A stretch of DNA of 64,000 nucleotides from Candidatus Binatia bacterium. GTDB lineage: Bacteria; Desulfobacterota; Binatia; UBA9968; JAJDTQ01. A program made the translations under genes and the position numbers. The notes under the pieces are model-generated. The model was not told where the DNA came from. It did no database searches and saw nothing but the letters and a program-made list of their open reading frames with translations. The stretch covers positions 4,192,001 to 4,256,000 of the forward strand of contig OY762897.2 in NCBI GenBank assembly GCA_963666515.2, given 5' to 3'. The first letter of the stretch is position 1. Each line of letters starts with the position of its first letter. Shown here in pieces: positions 47,484-56,895 of this stretch.

Positions 47484-48785
47484 TCAGTACGGCCGGCAGA
47501 GCCTGTCGCGGCCGCCCCAGATGTCGATGCCGCCGGCGATGACGTCGCGGGCTTCCATGGTCAGCGGGTCGCCGGCGGCGACGTAGGGTGCGCCGGGATA
47601 GTTGATGAGTTGCAGCCGGTCGTAGGCGCCCACCACGCGGTCGGCCGCGGGCAGCTCCACGACGATGTCGCGGTTGCCGGTGCTGATCACGGCGTCCGCT
47701 TCCTTTTCGTAATAGAGCAGCGGCGCGTCCGCGCCGTCCTTGCCGCCGTACTCGTAGGTGACGAGGACGGTCTTGATGCCTTTCTCCTCGCAGCCCTTCA
47801 CCGTCAGCATGACCTCAATGAAGGCGTTGCCCGATCCCGTGCGCGTGATCAGGGCGGCGTCGGCGCCCAGGGACATGGCCACCCGCACGGCGTTGTGGGC
47901 GGCGATCTCCTTCTCGCGGGAGGTCTCGAAGCCGATGCGCTCCAAAATGACCCCCGCGCACCGGTAGCGCTTGTCGCGCAAGAGCCCCAGGACCAGGGGC
48001 TGGTGCTGCCAGTTCCAGGTGATCGGGTGGTAGCTGACGGTGCGGATGGTGCTGGGGGTGATGGCGCCGTCGGTCAGCTCGTTGGGATGGATCACCGTGG
48101 ACAGCGATTCCTGTACAGGGAAGCCGTAGTAGGCGACGTTGGACGGCCGGTTGTCGGGTTCGGTGAACACGCCGATGATGACCACGGCGCGGGGGAGATC
48201 GTCTCCAGCGGCGTCGGGATTGTGGATCTCCACGCCGTCCGGCTCCAGGCCCGTGGTGGTCTCGGCGAGTCTGACCGCCACGCTGAACTCCGCCCGCTGG
48301 ATGGCCTGATGCGCCTCGTAGGCGGACAGTCCGTCTTCCAACTCCAGGGTCATCACCAGGTTGTTCAGCGAGCTGAACGGCGTCATGTCGGCGCCCGGAC
48401 CCCACATGTCCAGAATGGCGCTGCGCTGGGCGGTGGTGCCGGTGCGGACGGTGCCCTCGTAGGCGACGGCCGTCACCACCGCCATGCCCGACAGCCGGTG
48501 GGTGCGGCCCTGGCCCGCGGGGGCCACCGGCCCCAGGACTCCTGGAAATACCTGCCCCACGCCGGCGGTCTTAACGCGCGGCTCCACCACGTCGCGAATG
48601 CCGGTAACGCGGGCCTTCTCGCCGGGGCGCACCACGTCGAAGGTGGCGGAACGCACCCGGGGATACTGCTCTGCCAGGGCCGCGAGCCCTTCGGCATCCA
48701 CCTCCAGGACGCCGGAGTCATAGCGCGTCTCCCGGCCGAAGCGGATCTCGCGCACACAGTACTCTGCCAGCTCAAGACCGTTCAT
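47484..48785 (-). CDS. Glycine/sarcosine/betaine reductase component B proprotein-like (GrdE/PrdA family)
   Basis: RPGEKARV..IRDVVEPRVK, G.G.THRL.G, IHPNELTDGAI, G.GN...VML...CEEKGIKTV, ADAVISTGN. Confidence 0.78.
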   Translation of the reverse strand: MNGLELAEYCVREIRFGRETRYDSGVLEVDAEGLAALAEQYPRVRSATFDVVRPGEKARVTGIRDVVEPRVKTAGVGQVFPGVLGPVAPAGQGRTHRLSGMAVVTAVAYEGTVRTGTTAQRSAILDMWGPGADMTPFSSLNNLVMTLELEDGLSAYEAHQAIQRAEFSVAVRLAETTTGLEPDGVEIHNPDAAGDDLPRAVVIIGVFTEPDNRPSNVAYYGFPVQESLSTVIHPNELTDGAITPSTIRTVSYHPITWNWQHQPLVLGLLRDKRYRCAGVILERIGFETSREKEIAAHNAVRVAMSLGADAALITRTGSGNAFIEVMLTVKGCEEKGIKTVLVTYEYGGKDGADAPLLYYEKEADAVISTGNRDIVVELPAADRVVGAYDRLQLINYPGAPYVAAGDPLTMEARDVIAGGIDIWGGRDRLCRPY

Positions 48786-48810
48786 GGCTGACTTGCCACC
48801 GCCCCGCCCC

Positions 48811-48837
48811 CTGGATTCCGGCTTTCGCCGGAATGAC
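48811..48837. repeat. REP-like palindrome CTGGATTCCGGCTTTCGCCGGAATGAC
   Basis: Identical to 1875-1901. Confidence 0.9.
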
Positions 48838-48924
48838 GGATTCGGGCATTGGCGGGCTCTTTTCGCAGCGGTGACCAGCGCGGCGCGGAGCACCGTTTTT
48901 CGCACGAGCGTGGTTCACGGCGCG

Positions 48925-49683
48925 TCAGTGCATGTGCTGGCCGCCGTCGACGCTGATGGACTGGCCGGTGATGAAGTCGCTGTCGTCCGACGACAGGAAG
49001 ATGACCGTGCCCACCAGGTCGTCCGGGTACTGGTCGCGCTGGAAAGCACGGCTCTTGCGCCGGTTCTCCAGTTGCTGGGGGGTCGTGACGCCGTCCTGGT
49101 TGTCGCTGGATATGGTGAGGCCGGGCATGATGGCGTTGACGCTGATCCCGTCGGGGCCGATCTCGCGCGCCAGCGCCCGGGTGAATCCCAGCACACCGGC
49201 CTTGGAGGTGACGTAGTGCAGGAACATCGGCGTCCCGCCCAGGATGGTGCCGGAAGAGATGTTGATGATCTTGCCCTTTCCCTGCTCCTTCATGGCCGGA
49301 TAGACCGCCTGCACGCACAGATGCAGGCCCTTGACGTTCACCGCCATGACCCGGTCCCACTCGTCCTCGCCGATTTCCATGAAGGACTTCTTGGTGAGCG
49401 CGGTGTAGAGGGCCGCGTTGTTCACCAGGACGTCGATGCGCCCGTATGCCTTCAGCACCGTATCCGCCATCTCGCGGGTCTTCTCGGGAGATGCGACATC
49501 CACCGCGACGGGGATGGCGTCGCCGCCGTCCTTCTTGATCTCCTCCGCCACTTGGCTGGCGGCTTCCACCTGGATGTCGGCCACGGCCACCTTGGCGCCT
49601 TCCTTGGCCAGCCCCTTCGAGTAGGCGCGGCCGATGCCGACGCCGCCGCCCGTTACGATCGCGACCTTGCCGTCCAAACGCAT
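48925..49683 (-). CDS. Short-chain dehydrogenase/reductase (FabG-like)
   Basis: TGGGVGIG, NNAA, YVTSK, ITGQSISVDGG. Confidence 0.93.
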   Translation of the reverse strand: MRLDGKVAIVTGGGVGIGRAYSKGLAKEGAKVAVADIQVEAASQVAEEIKKDGGDAIPVAVDVASPEKTREMADTVLKAYGRIDVLVNNAALYTALTKKSFMEIGEDEWDRVMAVNVKGLHLCVQAVYPAMKEQGKGKIINISSGTILGGTPMFLHYVTSKAGVLGFTRALAREIGPDGISVNAIMPGLTISSDNQDGVTTPQQLENRRKSRAFQRDQYPDDLVGTVIFLSSDDSDFITGQSISVDGGQHMH

Positions 49684-49731
49684 GGTTGAGTCCTCCTTTA
49701 TTGACGCCTGTGCCTCTCTGTCCCCACCCTC

Positions 49732-49758
49732 CTGGATTCCGGCTTTCGCCGGAATGAC
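49732..49758. repeat. REP-like palindrome CTGGATTCCGGCTTTCGCCGGAATGAC
   Basis: Identical to 1875-1901 and 48811-48837. Confidence 0.9.
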
Positions 49759-49810
49759 GGATTCTGGGAATCGTTGGGATTTCGTATCAGACTATGATCC
49801 GCCTGTTGCC

Positions 49811-50731
49811 TCACAGCCGGTACAACTCCACCGCCGTCTTCCACAGCACCTGCTCCGCGTCCTCTTCCGAGATGCCGCACTCCCTGACGACCTTGAGCCG
49901 CGCCGGGTACAGCGGCTCCGGCACCTCGACGCACCGCCAAGTGGGCGACCAGTCGGTGCCGAACATGATGCGATGGGCGCCGATGGTTTCCACGGCCCGG
50001 CGCAGGTGCTCCGCCGTCGTGGAAGTCGTATCGAAATACACGTTGGGGTTGCGCATGGCAACGATCAGCGCCGACTCGAAGTAGTGCTGGATGGCGCGCC
50101 CCATCTTGGTCAACACGATTGGGACGTCGGGGTAGCGTCCGGCGATCTCGTCCACGTAGATGGGGTCGGCATAGTACATGCGGCCGGGAAACTGGGTCCA
50201 GCCGGTGGCGATCAGGAGCGGCACCCGGTAATTCGCCAAGGTTTCCATGATGGGGCGCAGGTCGTCGGCGATCTTCACCGGGTGGGTCTCGGTGGTGAAG
50301 GGGCCGCCGTGTGACTCGCCGATGCCCTTGAAGCCCAGCCGCTCGATGCGGTCGGCGATCTGCTCGGGCGCCGCCTCACGGAGCGCCGGAGCGTTCTCCC
50401 AGACGCCGTTGCCCGAATAGTCTTCCCCCAGGCTCGCCAGCCCGTACAGCCGGTCCGGATACCGCGCCACCGCGGCCGCGGTCTTGGCGTCCTTCTCGTC
50501 GGGGCTGTCGCAACCGCCGGTGGTCATGATCAGCGCCTTGTCCACGCCGTACCGGTCCATGTCCGCGATCAGCTCGTCCACGTAGTCCACCAGCGGCTCG
50601 GTGTCCCGGGCCTGGTACAGCTCGGGATGGTTGCGGCGGAAGCCGATGAGGTCCGGGACGCTGCGGATCTTGTCGCGCAGGTCCCGGTAAGAGGGCGGCC
50701 CGAACGGGTGGCAGTGGACTTCGACGATCAT
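49811..50731 (-). CDS. Amidohydrolase_2 family protein
   Basis: EVHCH, GFKGIGE, YPDVPIVL, NVYFDT, IMFGTDW. Confidence 0.82.
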   Translation of the reverse strand: MIVEVHCHPFGPPSYRDLRDKIRSVPDLIGFRRNHPELYQARDTEPLVDYVDELIADMDRYGVDKALIMTTGGCDSPDEKDAKTAAAVARYPDRLYGLASLGEDYSGNGVWENAPALREAAPEQIADRIERLGFKGIGESHGGPFTTETHPVKIADDLRPIMETLANYRVPLLIATGWTQFPGRMYYADPIYVDEIAGRYPDVPIVLTKMGRAIQHYFESALIVAMRNPNVYFDTTSTTAEHLRRAVETIGAHRIMFGTDWSPTWRCVEVPEPLYPARLKVVRECGISEEDAEQVLWKTAVELYRL

Positions 50732-50819
50732 GTGCGCCCTTCGCCACCTGCCGCGTGTTTCCGCCATGGTGACACCCGCGGGCGGCTGGCGACCGCGGGC
50801 AAGGCGGGCCTGACCTCCA

Positions 50820-51863
50820 TCACTGTTTCGGGACCAGGATGCTCCTCAGCCTCTTCATAAGCTCGGCGTCGAGCTGGAAGAACTCGTTCACCGCCTCGGC
50901 GACCCGGGGGCCCGGAATGGGATTGATGATGAGCCTGGACTTCTTCGCCTCGGCCAGCAGCTCCGGGTCCTTGAAGGTGTCGGCGAAGGCCTTGCGCAGG
51001 AGTTCCACGCGGTCCTTGGGCGTGCCCGGAGGCAGCGAGAAGGCCCGCAGTATCTCGTGAGCATTGCGGCCCACCACGCCCGCCAACTGCCGTTGAGCGT
51101 CGTTCTTGGCGTATTCCAGGAGGTTCGGGACGTTGGAGAAGCTGGGGTGTCTTCCGACGCCCACCTGGATCACGAAGTTCAACTCGCCCGCGGGGATCTG
51201 CTTCGGCCAGTACGAGAAGATGACGTCGGGGCTCCAGCAACCGCCCATGACCTCGCGTTTCTCGATGGCCAGACGGATCCTGGCGGCCCCGCCGTAGCCC
51301 TCGATCAGTTGGAGGGGGACCCCGGTTATGTTTACGAGCAGCCTGGGAATGTCCGAGATGGAGCTGCCCGGCCCCATGCCGCCGAGCTTGAGCGGCTTCT
51401 TGGCGGCGAGCCACTCGTCCATGCTGGTGATGCCGCTGTCCCTGGCCACGATGCACGCCGTGTAGCTCGGCTTGGGGACGGTGATCCACTCGAACTTCCG
51501 GGCGTCGAACTGGACCCGCTTGTTCCCCAGCACCTGCTGCAGCACCAGCGTCCCCACCCAGTGGCCGATGGTGAGGCCGTCCGGCTTGGCCTTGTTGTAC
51601 ATGTAGTTGGCGGCGATGAGGTTCCCGGCCCCGGTCATGCTGGTCACCAGGGTCCTGGGAGTCCCCGGAATGTGCTTGGGGAGATGCCGCGCCACCAGCC
51701 GCGCGTAGGTATCGAAGCCGCCTCCAGGAGCCGAGCCCACGATGATGCGGATGGTCTTGCCCTTGTAGAAGTCCGCGGCGGGGGCCGCGGCGGCGGACAT
51801 GGCAACCAGGGCAATGCCCGCGGCGAGGGCAATTCGGAGCACGGACGGGGGATTCGGTCTCAT
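50820..51863 (-). CDS. Tripartite tricarboxylate transporter substrate-binding protein (TctC/Bug)
   Basis: Signal peptide; FYKGKTIRIIVGSAPGGGFDTYARL, GAGNLIAANY, PDGLTIG, PPGTPKDRV. Confidence 0.9.
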   Translation of the reverse strand: MRPNPPSVLRIALAAGIALVAMSAAAAPAADFYKGKTIRIIVGSAPGGGFDTYARLVARHLPKHIPGTPRTLVTSMTGAGNLIAANYMYNKAKPDGLTIGHWVGTLVLQQVLGNKRVQFDARKFEWITVPKPSYTACIVARDSGITSMDEWLAAKKPLKLGGMGPGSSISDIPRLLVNITGVPLQLIEGYGGAARIRLAIEKREVMGGCWSPDVIFSYWPKQIPAGELNFVIQVGVGRHPSFSNVPNLLEYAKNDAQRQLAGVVGRNAHEILRAFSLPPGTPKDRVELLRKAFADTFKDPELLAEAKKSRLIINPIPGPRVAEAVNEFFQLDAELMKRLRSILVPKQ

Positions 51864-51949
51864 GGTCTTTCCTCCTTTGGGAACGCAACGGTCTGGAATG
51901 GCCAAGCGGTTGGAGCAGCTTCGCAGCCGGTTTGTCCGGCACCGGCAAC

Positions 51950-52519
51950 CTACGGTTTGTCCCGCATCACCAGCCGGCAATGCACGGCCTCCGCCAAAAG
52001 ATCGGTGATCAGGAACGCCTCCATGAGGTCGCGGCCGCGTGCGACCGTGCCGTGGCCTTGCAGAATTACCACCGGGTGCCGGCGCAGTTCCTCGGCCACC
52101 GGCGCCGGGTCCGTGACCGTCGGGCCGTCGTGGGGAATCACCGGCACGCGGCCCAGACTATACTCCTCTTCGAAGCTCAACGGTACGAATTCGCTCCGGT
52201 CCCGGCAGTAGGCGATGATCTCCGGCGGATGGACGTGGACCACCGCCCGGGCGTCCGTGGCCTCGTACACGGCCAGGTGCAGCGGCGTTTCGCTCGAAGG
52301 GCTCTGCTTCGGGTTCACGGCGTTTCCCCGGCCGTCGATCTCCACGACGTCCCTCGCCGTCATGAACCCCAGTGCGGCGTGCGAACCGGTGATCAGATAC
52401 CGGCTCCGGCCGAAACGGCAACTGACGTTGCCGCCCCAACCGCTCACCAGACGGCGATCGAACAGCCTCTGGCCCCATTTGATGATCTCCGCACGCGACC
52501 CTTTCGAACGTTCCGCCAT
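51950..52519 (-). CDS. Class II aldolase/adducin family protein
   Basis: GGNVSCR, PSSETPLHL, VVHVHP, ILQGHG. Confidence 0.9.
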   Translation of the reverse strand: MAERSKGSRAEIIKWGQRLFDRRLVSGWGGNVSCRFGRSRYLITGSHAALGFMTARDVVEIDGRGNAVNPKQSPSSETPLHLAVYEATDARAVVHVHPPEIIAYCRDRSEFVPLSFEEEYSLGRVPVIPHDGPTVTDPAPVAEELRRHPVVILQGHGTVARGRDLMEAFLITDLLAEAVHCRLVMRDKP

Positions 52520-52575
52520 GAATCGACCGTCCCGCCTCTTCTAGTACGAAAGCCGGCGGTTCGCCAAACAGCCGG

Positions 52576-53352
52576 TTACAGCCACTCCACCGCCTTGAGG
52601 GCGATCTCGCCGATCCGTTCCTCGGCCTCCAGGAACGACGGATGGCGGAAGCCCAGCCTGCCGGTGAGGCATTCGTCCGAGACCGCCAGGATCGCCCCGG
52701 CCCTGGCGTTCCTGAACTGGGCCACGGTCAGGAACGCCGCGGTCACCATGTCGATGGCGGTGATCTGCCGCCGTTCCAGGTCCGCCAGCAGCTCCGGCGT
52801 CTCCCGGAACAGCGCGTCGGTGGTGAACACCTGGCCATGGTGGACGGGCGCCTTGAGGCTGTCGGCCGCGCGTGCGAGAGCCTCCACCACGCAGGGGTGA
52901 GGGAGGGTGGCGGGTTGGTTGGGAGTCCGGGCAGTAGCGAAGTCTGCGGGAGCAGAACCCTCGGGCACGTAACGCGGGCTGGCGCCGTCGCCGCCAACCG
53001 CGCCGGTCGCGATGACGATGTCGCCGACCTTCACCTCGTGCCGGAGCGAGCCGCAGCTCCCCACACGCACCAGCGTCTCCACGCCTCCGGCGCACAGCAG
53101 TTCCGTGGTGATGGCCGTATCCGCCGAGTAGCGCCCGCCGTTGCCCACGGTGATGCGGCGGGCGCCCAACGCGCCCGTGTGCATCTCGTAGTCCTGGAAG
53201 GCGAGGGTCTTGCGCGGCTCCCCCAGCGCGCGCTGCAGCTTGGCGGCCCGGTCGCGCGGACCGGGGACCAGCGCCACCTTGCCGAAGGCGCCGGGTTCCA
53301 CCCCCAGCCTGGACAACAGTTTCTCCGCGGTGAAATGGGGCTCGCTTCTCAT
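52576..53352 (-). CDS. Nucleoside phosphorylase (PNP/UDP family)
   Basis: LVPGPRDRA, LVRVGSCGSL, VFTTDALFRE, IDMVTAA, LAVSD; the typical EME motif reads DMV. Confidence 0.82.
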   Translation of the reverse strand: MRSEPHFTAEKLLSRLGVEPGAFGKVALVPGPRDRAAKLQRALGEPRKTLAFQDYEMHTGALGARRITVGNGGRYSADTAITTELLCAGGVETLVRVGSCGSLRHEVKVGDIVIATGAVGGDGASPRYVPEGSAPADFATARTPNQPATLPHPCVVEALARAADSLKAPVHHGQVFTTDALFRETPELLADLERRQITAIDMVTAAFLTVAQFRNARAGAILAVSDECLTGRLGFRHPSFLEAEERIGEIALKAVEWL

Positions 53353-56300
53353 GGATTCGCGCCGCCGATCTCGGGAGGCACGTCCACCGCGCGGCCCAGC
53401 CGCAGAAGGATCAGTCTGAACGCGGCCACGTCCCGGTCCAGGCCGCGCCTCACGGCCTCGGTGTAGACCCGCGCCTGGTGGCGGTAGTCGTGCATGACTC
53501 CCGCGATGTCGTCGTCGGTCACCCGGTCGGTCTTGTAGTCGGCCACGTAGAGCCGCCCCTGCCGCTCGTAGACCAGGTCGATGACGCCCTCCATGATCCG
53601 GCCGTCCCAGGGCAGGACGAAGGGCATCTCCCGGCCCAGGATACGGGCGCTCCGCAACTCATCGTAGAGCGGAGAGTTCGTCAGGGTGGCCCAGATGGCT
53701 TTCAGCTCGTGGACCACCGTCTCTCTCTGCGGCGCCGGCAGCTCGGGTGCGTGGCGTGCGATGGCTTCATCGAGGTCTTCCCCGATCCGTTGTGTGTGGA
53801 AGTCCCAGTGTTCGAGCACCTTGTGGGTCAGCTCTCCCAGTATCAGCGCGGTGTCCCGCTGGGGACTCGCGTCGTGTCCCGGACCGTTATCGCGTCTTGC
53901 GCCGCCCTTCTTGCGTCCGTAGTCCGTGTCGCGTCCCAGGCCGCCGGCGCGCCGAGCCTCGGTCCTCTCGCTCTCTGCCGCCTCGCCGGCGGCCTTGAGC
54001 CGCGTGGGCGTGAGGAAGATCGGGGTTCGGCTGTGCGCTTCGTGCTCCTCCATCCGGCGGCGCCACAGTTCCTCGTACCAGGACCAGTCGGCGGTGTCCG
54101 GCGGGGGCGCCGGCGCGAGGCCGCGGTGCTCGTCCGCCGCCTGATCTTCCTCCACCACCTCCACCTCCATCTCTCCCATACCGCACGCGATCGCGGGCGG
54201 AACCGCATGGGCAAGGGCGCCGCCGGTCGCCTCGTCGATCATCGACGCCATGCTGTCGCCGTCCTGCCGTCTTTGGGCAAAGGAAAACACGAGTTGCTGA
54301 CGCGGGCGGGTCATGGCCACGTACAGCAGGCGGCGGCGCTCGTGCTTCTCCCGCTCGCGCTGCTTCGCGCGGAGGAATACGCCGGGCAGGCTCCACAGGT
54401 CATCGATGCAGAGCCCCACAAGACCCGTGGCCCAGTCCTGCCGTACTTCCACGGCCGAGGACGGTCTCCTGTTCACTCCGGCCAGGGAATCCGGCAGCAC
54501 CACCACGGGAAACTCCAGGCCCTTGGCCCGGTGGATGCTCATGATCCGTACCGCGTCCGGGGTCTCTTCCTCCATGGCGTTCTCGGACTCGTCCTCCTCG
54601 TCCCGGACCCGGCGCTCCAACTCGGCCACCACGTCCTTGAGGGTGCCGCTGCCGTCCGCGCCCGCATCCCGGGCCACCAGCCGCACCTTCTCCAGGTTGG
54701 CGACGGCCTGCTCGCCCGATGTCCCGCTCGCCGCCAGCACCGACAGCGGCAGTTCCCTGAAGACCCGCTCCACCGCCTTTCCGGCTTCCAGGAAGCGCAC
54801 CTCGCGGTGCAGCCGGAGGAGACGTTGATAGAGGTCCATCACGCTTCCGGGCAGGTCCACCCACCGCTCGTCCGACGCCGAGCGGTAGTCCAGCAGGCGT
54901 TGCCGGTCGAGGGCGAATATCTCGGCGTCGTCATATCCGCCCACGGGCGAGCGGAGCACTCCCACCAGCGCCAGCCGGTCGTGGGGGTTGTCCACCGCCC
55001 GGAGCAGGTTGACGGCGTCCACCACTACCTGGGCGGCGTAGAAGTCCCGCTCGCCTTCCACCACGTAGCCGATGCCGCGCCGTCGCAATGCTTCCAGGTA
55101 GACCTGCACGTTGCTCAGGGCGCGCATGAGGAAGGCGACGTGACCGGGCTCCATCCGCACTTGGCCGCCCGTCCGGTGGTCGAAGAAGGTGCGCCCCAGC
55201 ACCTCCTCGTCGAGCCAGCGCGCCAGCGACTCGGCCTCCACCCGGCGCGCAGCCTCCGCGCTCAGCACGCCGTCCGGGGCGGTCACCCGGCGCACGCGCA
55301 CCGGGCTTCGGTCCGGCTCCGCGCTGTCGAGACCCGGCTGGAGGGGAATGTATCCGGGCTGAAGGCCGGGTTCTTCCCGGATCAGGCGCTCGAAGGCGCC
55401 GTTGACCACGTCCAGGATCCGGGGGTCGCTGCGGAAGTTTGCGGTCAGCCGGTATTCGCGTCCGTCCTGGGCCTCGATCATCTCTTTGACGACCTTCAGG
55501 TAGGCTGCCATGTCGGCGCCCCGGAACCCGTAGATGGACTGCTTGGGATCTCCCACCACGAACAGCTTGCCGGCGGCGAGGCGGATGTCGCGCCAGTTCG
55601 CGGCCCGCTGGGAACGCTCCTCGCACAGCCACAGAAGGATCTCGTACTGGAGCGGGTCGGTGTCCTGGAATTCGTCCACCAGGATGGCCTTGAAGCGTGC
55701 CTTCAACTCCTCCCGGATGCGCGGGTGGTCGCGCAGCAGATCCCGCGCCCGCACCAACAGTCCGTCGAAGGTCACCAGGCCGCCCCGGGCGAAGTCCTCG
55801 CGGAACCGCCGGGCGAACGGCGCCAGCAAGGCGCAAAGCCGGCCGACCTCCTCGGCGTCCACCCGGGCAAGCGCGCGCGCATCCCTCACCAGGTCCCGTG
55901 CGGCATCGAAGTCCTCCGGGGCCCAGTCCCGCGGCGCCGACAGCCCCCGCAGGAGCCTCGACTCCTCGTCATCCACCGAGGCGCCGCCGGCGCGAGCGGA
56001 CCGTATCGCCTTGCGCGCCACGGCCAGCGCCCGCTCGATCTTCCGTTGCTTCGGGTAACGCGCGATGAGATCGGCTGCGGTCTCATCCAGCTCGCCCAAC
56101 CACCTTCCGATGGCGCCGTCCGCGTCGTCCCGCGCTCCTGCGCCGGTGCGGGGGCGGCTCTCAGGCCCACCCGTGGCGCCGCTCGGATCTACCGGCGTGC
56201 CCGCGCGTTCGAGCCCGTCCAGGTCCACGTTTTCGGCGCAAAGAGCCAGCGCAAGCTCACGCAGCCGTTCCAGCGGGAACCGGCTCAGGAGCCGTTTCCA

Positions 56301-56837
56301 CTCCGCCGTCCGGGGACCCGTGCCCGACAGCTCCTCGTCGAGCCACAACCCCCAGCCGGCGCCGAAGCGCCTCCTGAGGAGGTTGCCGTCGTCTTCCCGG
56401 AACTGCGGATCCAGTCCGGCCTCCAGCGGATAGAGCCGCAACAGCGAGCCGGCGAAGCTGTGGATGGTGCCGATCTGCGCCCGCTCCAGGTGCTGCAACG
56501 CTTTCCCGGCCCGGTCACGGACGTCCTCCAGGGTGACGGCATAGCGCCCACGGAGGGCGTCGGCCTCATCAGGTTCGGAGTCGATACCGTGCCCGGCCAG
56601 CGTTTCCAGCCGGTCCCGCAGGCGCGCCTTCATCTCGTTGGCGGCCTTGTTGGTGAAGGTGAGGGCCACCAGTTCCGTCATCTGCACCGGGTCGGGCTCG
56701 CGCATCAGCAGGTTCACGCACCGCTCCACCAGGAGGGTCGTCTTGCCGGTGCCCGCTCCCGCGGTCACCACCACGTTGCGGTCGAAGGTCGTGGTAGCCA
56801 GCCGGCGCTGCTGCTCGTCTGCGGGAGGTTGCCTCAT
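53349..56837 (-). CDS. addA: AddA-like UvrD helicase + PD-(D/E)XK nuclease
   Basis: AGAGTGKT, TFTNKAA, TIHSF, VDEFQDTD, VGDPKQSIYGFRGAD, SIHRAKGLEF, YVAMTR, GVIDLV..ADYKTD. Confidence 0.85.
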   Translation of the reverse strand: MRQPPADEQQRRLATTTFDRNVVVTAGAGTGKTTLLVERCVNLLMREPDPVQMTELVALTFTNKAANEMKARLRDRLETLAGHGIDSEPDEADALRGRYAVTLEDVRDRAGKALQHLERAQIGTIHSFAGSLLRLYPLEAGLDPQFREDDGNLLRRRFGAGWGLWLDEELSGTGPRTAEWKRLLSRFPLERLRELALALCAENVDLDGLERAGTPVDPSGATGGPESRPRTGAGARDDADGAIGRWLGELDETAADLIARYPKQRKIERALAVARKAIRSARAGGASVDDEESRLLRGLSAPRDWAPEDFDAARDLVRDARALARVDAEEVGRLCALLAPFARRFREDFARGGLVTFDGLLVRARDLLRDHPRIREELKARFKAILVDEFQDTDPLQYEILLWLCEERSQRAANWRDIRLAAGKLFVVGDPKQSIYGFRGADMAAYLKVVKEMIEAQDGREYRLTANFRSDPRILDVVNGAFERLIREEPGLQPGYIPLQPGLDSAEPDRSPVRVRRVTAPDGVLSAEAARRVEAESLARWLDEEVLGRTFFDHRTGGQVRMEPGHVAFLMRALSNVQVYLEALRRRGIGYVVEGERDFYAAQVVVDAVNLLRAVDNPHDRLALVGVLRSPVGGYDDAEIFALDRQRLLDYRSASDERWVDLPGSVMDLYQRLLRLHREVRFLEAGKAVERVFRELPLSVLAASGTSGEQAVANLEKVRLVARDAGADGSGTLKDVVAELERRVRDEEDESENAMEEETPDAVRIMSIHRAKGLEFPVVVLPDSLAGVNRRPSSAVEVRQDWATGLVGLCIDDLWSLPGVFLRAKQREREKHERRRLLYVAMTRPRQQLVFSFAQRRQDGDSMASMIDEATGGALAHAVPPAIACGMGEMEVEVVEEDQAADEHRGLAPAPPPDTADWSWYEELWRRRMEEHEAHSRTPIFLTPTRLKAAGEAAESERTEARRAGGLGRDTDYGRKKGGARRDNGPGHDASPQRDTALILGELTHKVLEHWDFHTQRIGEDLDEAIARHAPELPAPQRETVVHELKAIWATLTNSPLYDELRSARILGREMPFVLPWDGRIMEGVIDLVYERQGRLYVADYKTDRVTDDDIAGVMHDYRHQARVYTEAVRRGLDRDVAAFRLILLRLGRAVDVPPEIGGANP

Positions 56838-56895
56838 CAGGTTCGGCTCTTCGTCCGGTATCGCGTCCCGTCAATCGACGTATGGCGTCCGCAAG

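Noticed and set aside
53851-53896. Two 23-nt units GTGTCCCG...TCGCGTC within an AddA linker
   Set aside because: Only the ends match, in GC-rich low-complexity linker DNA; could be chance
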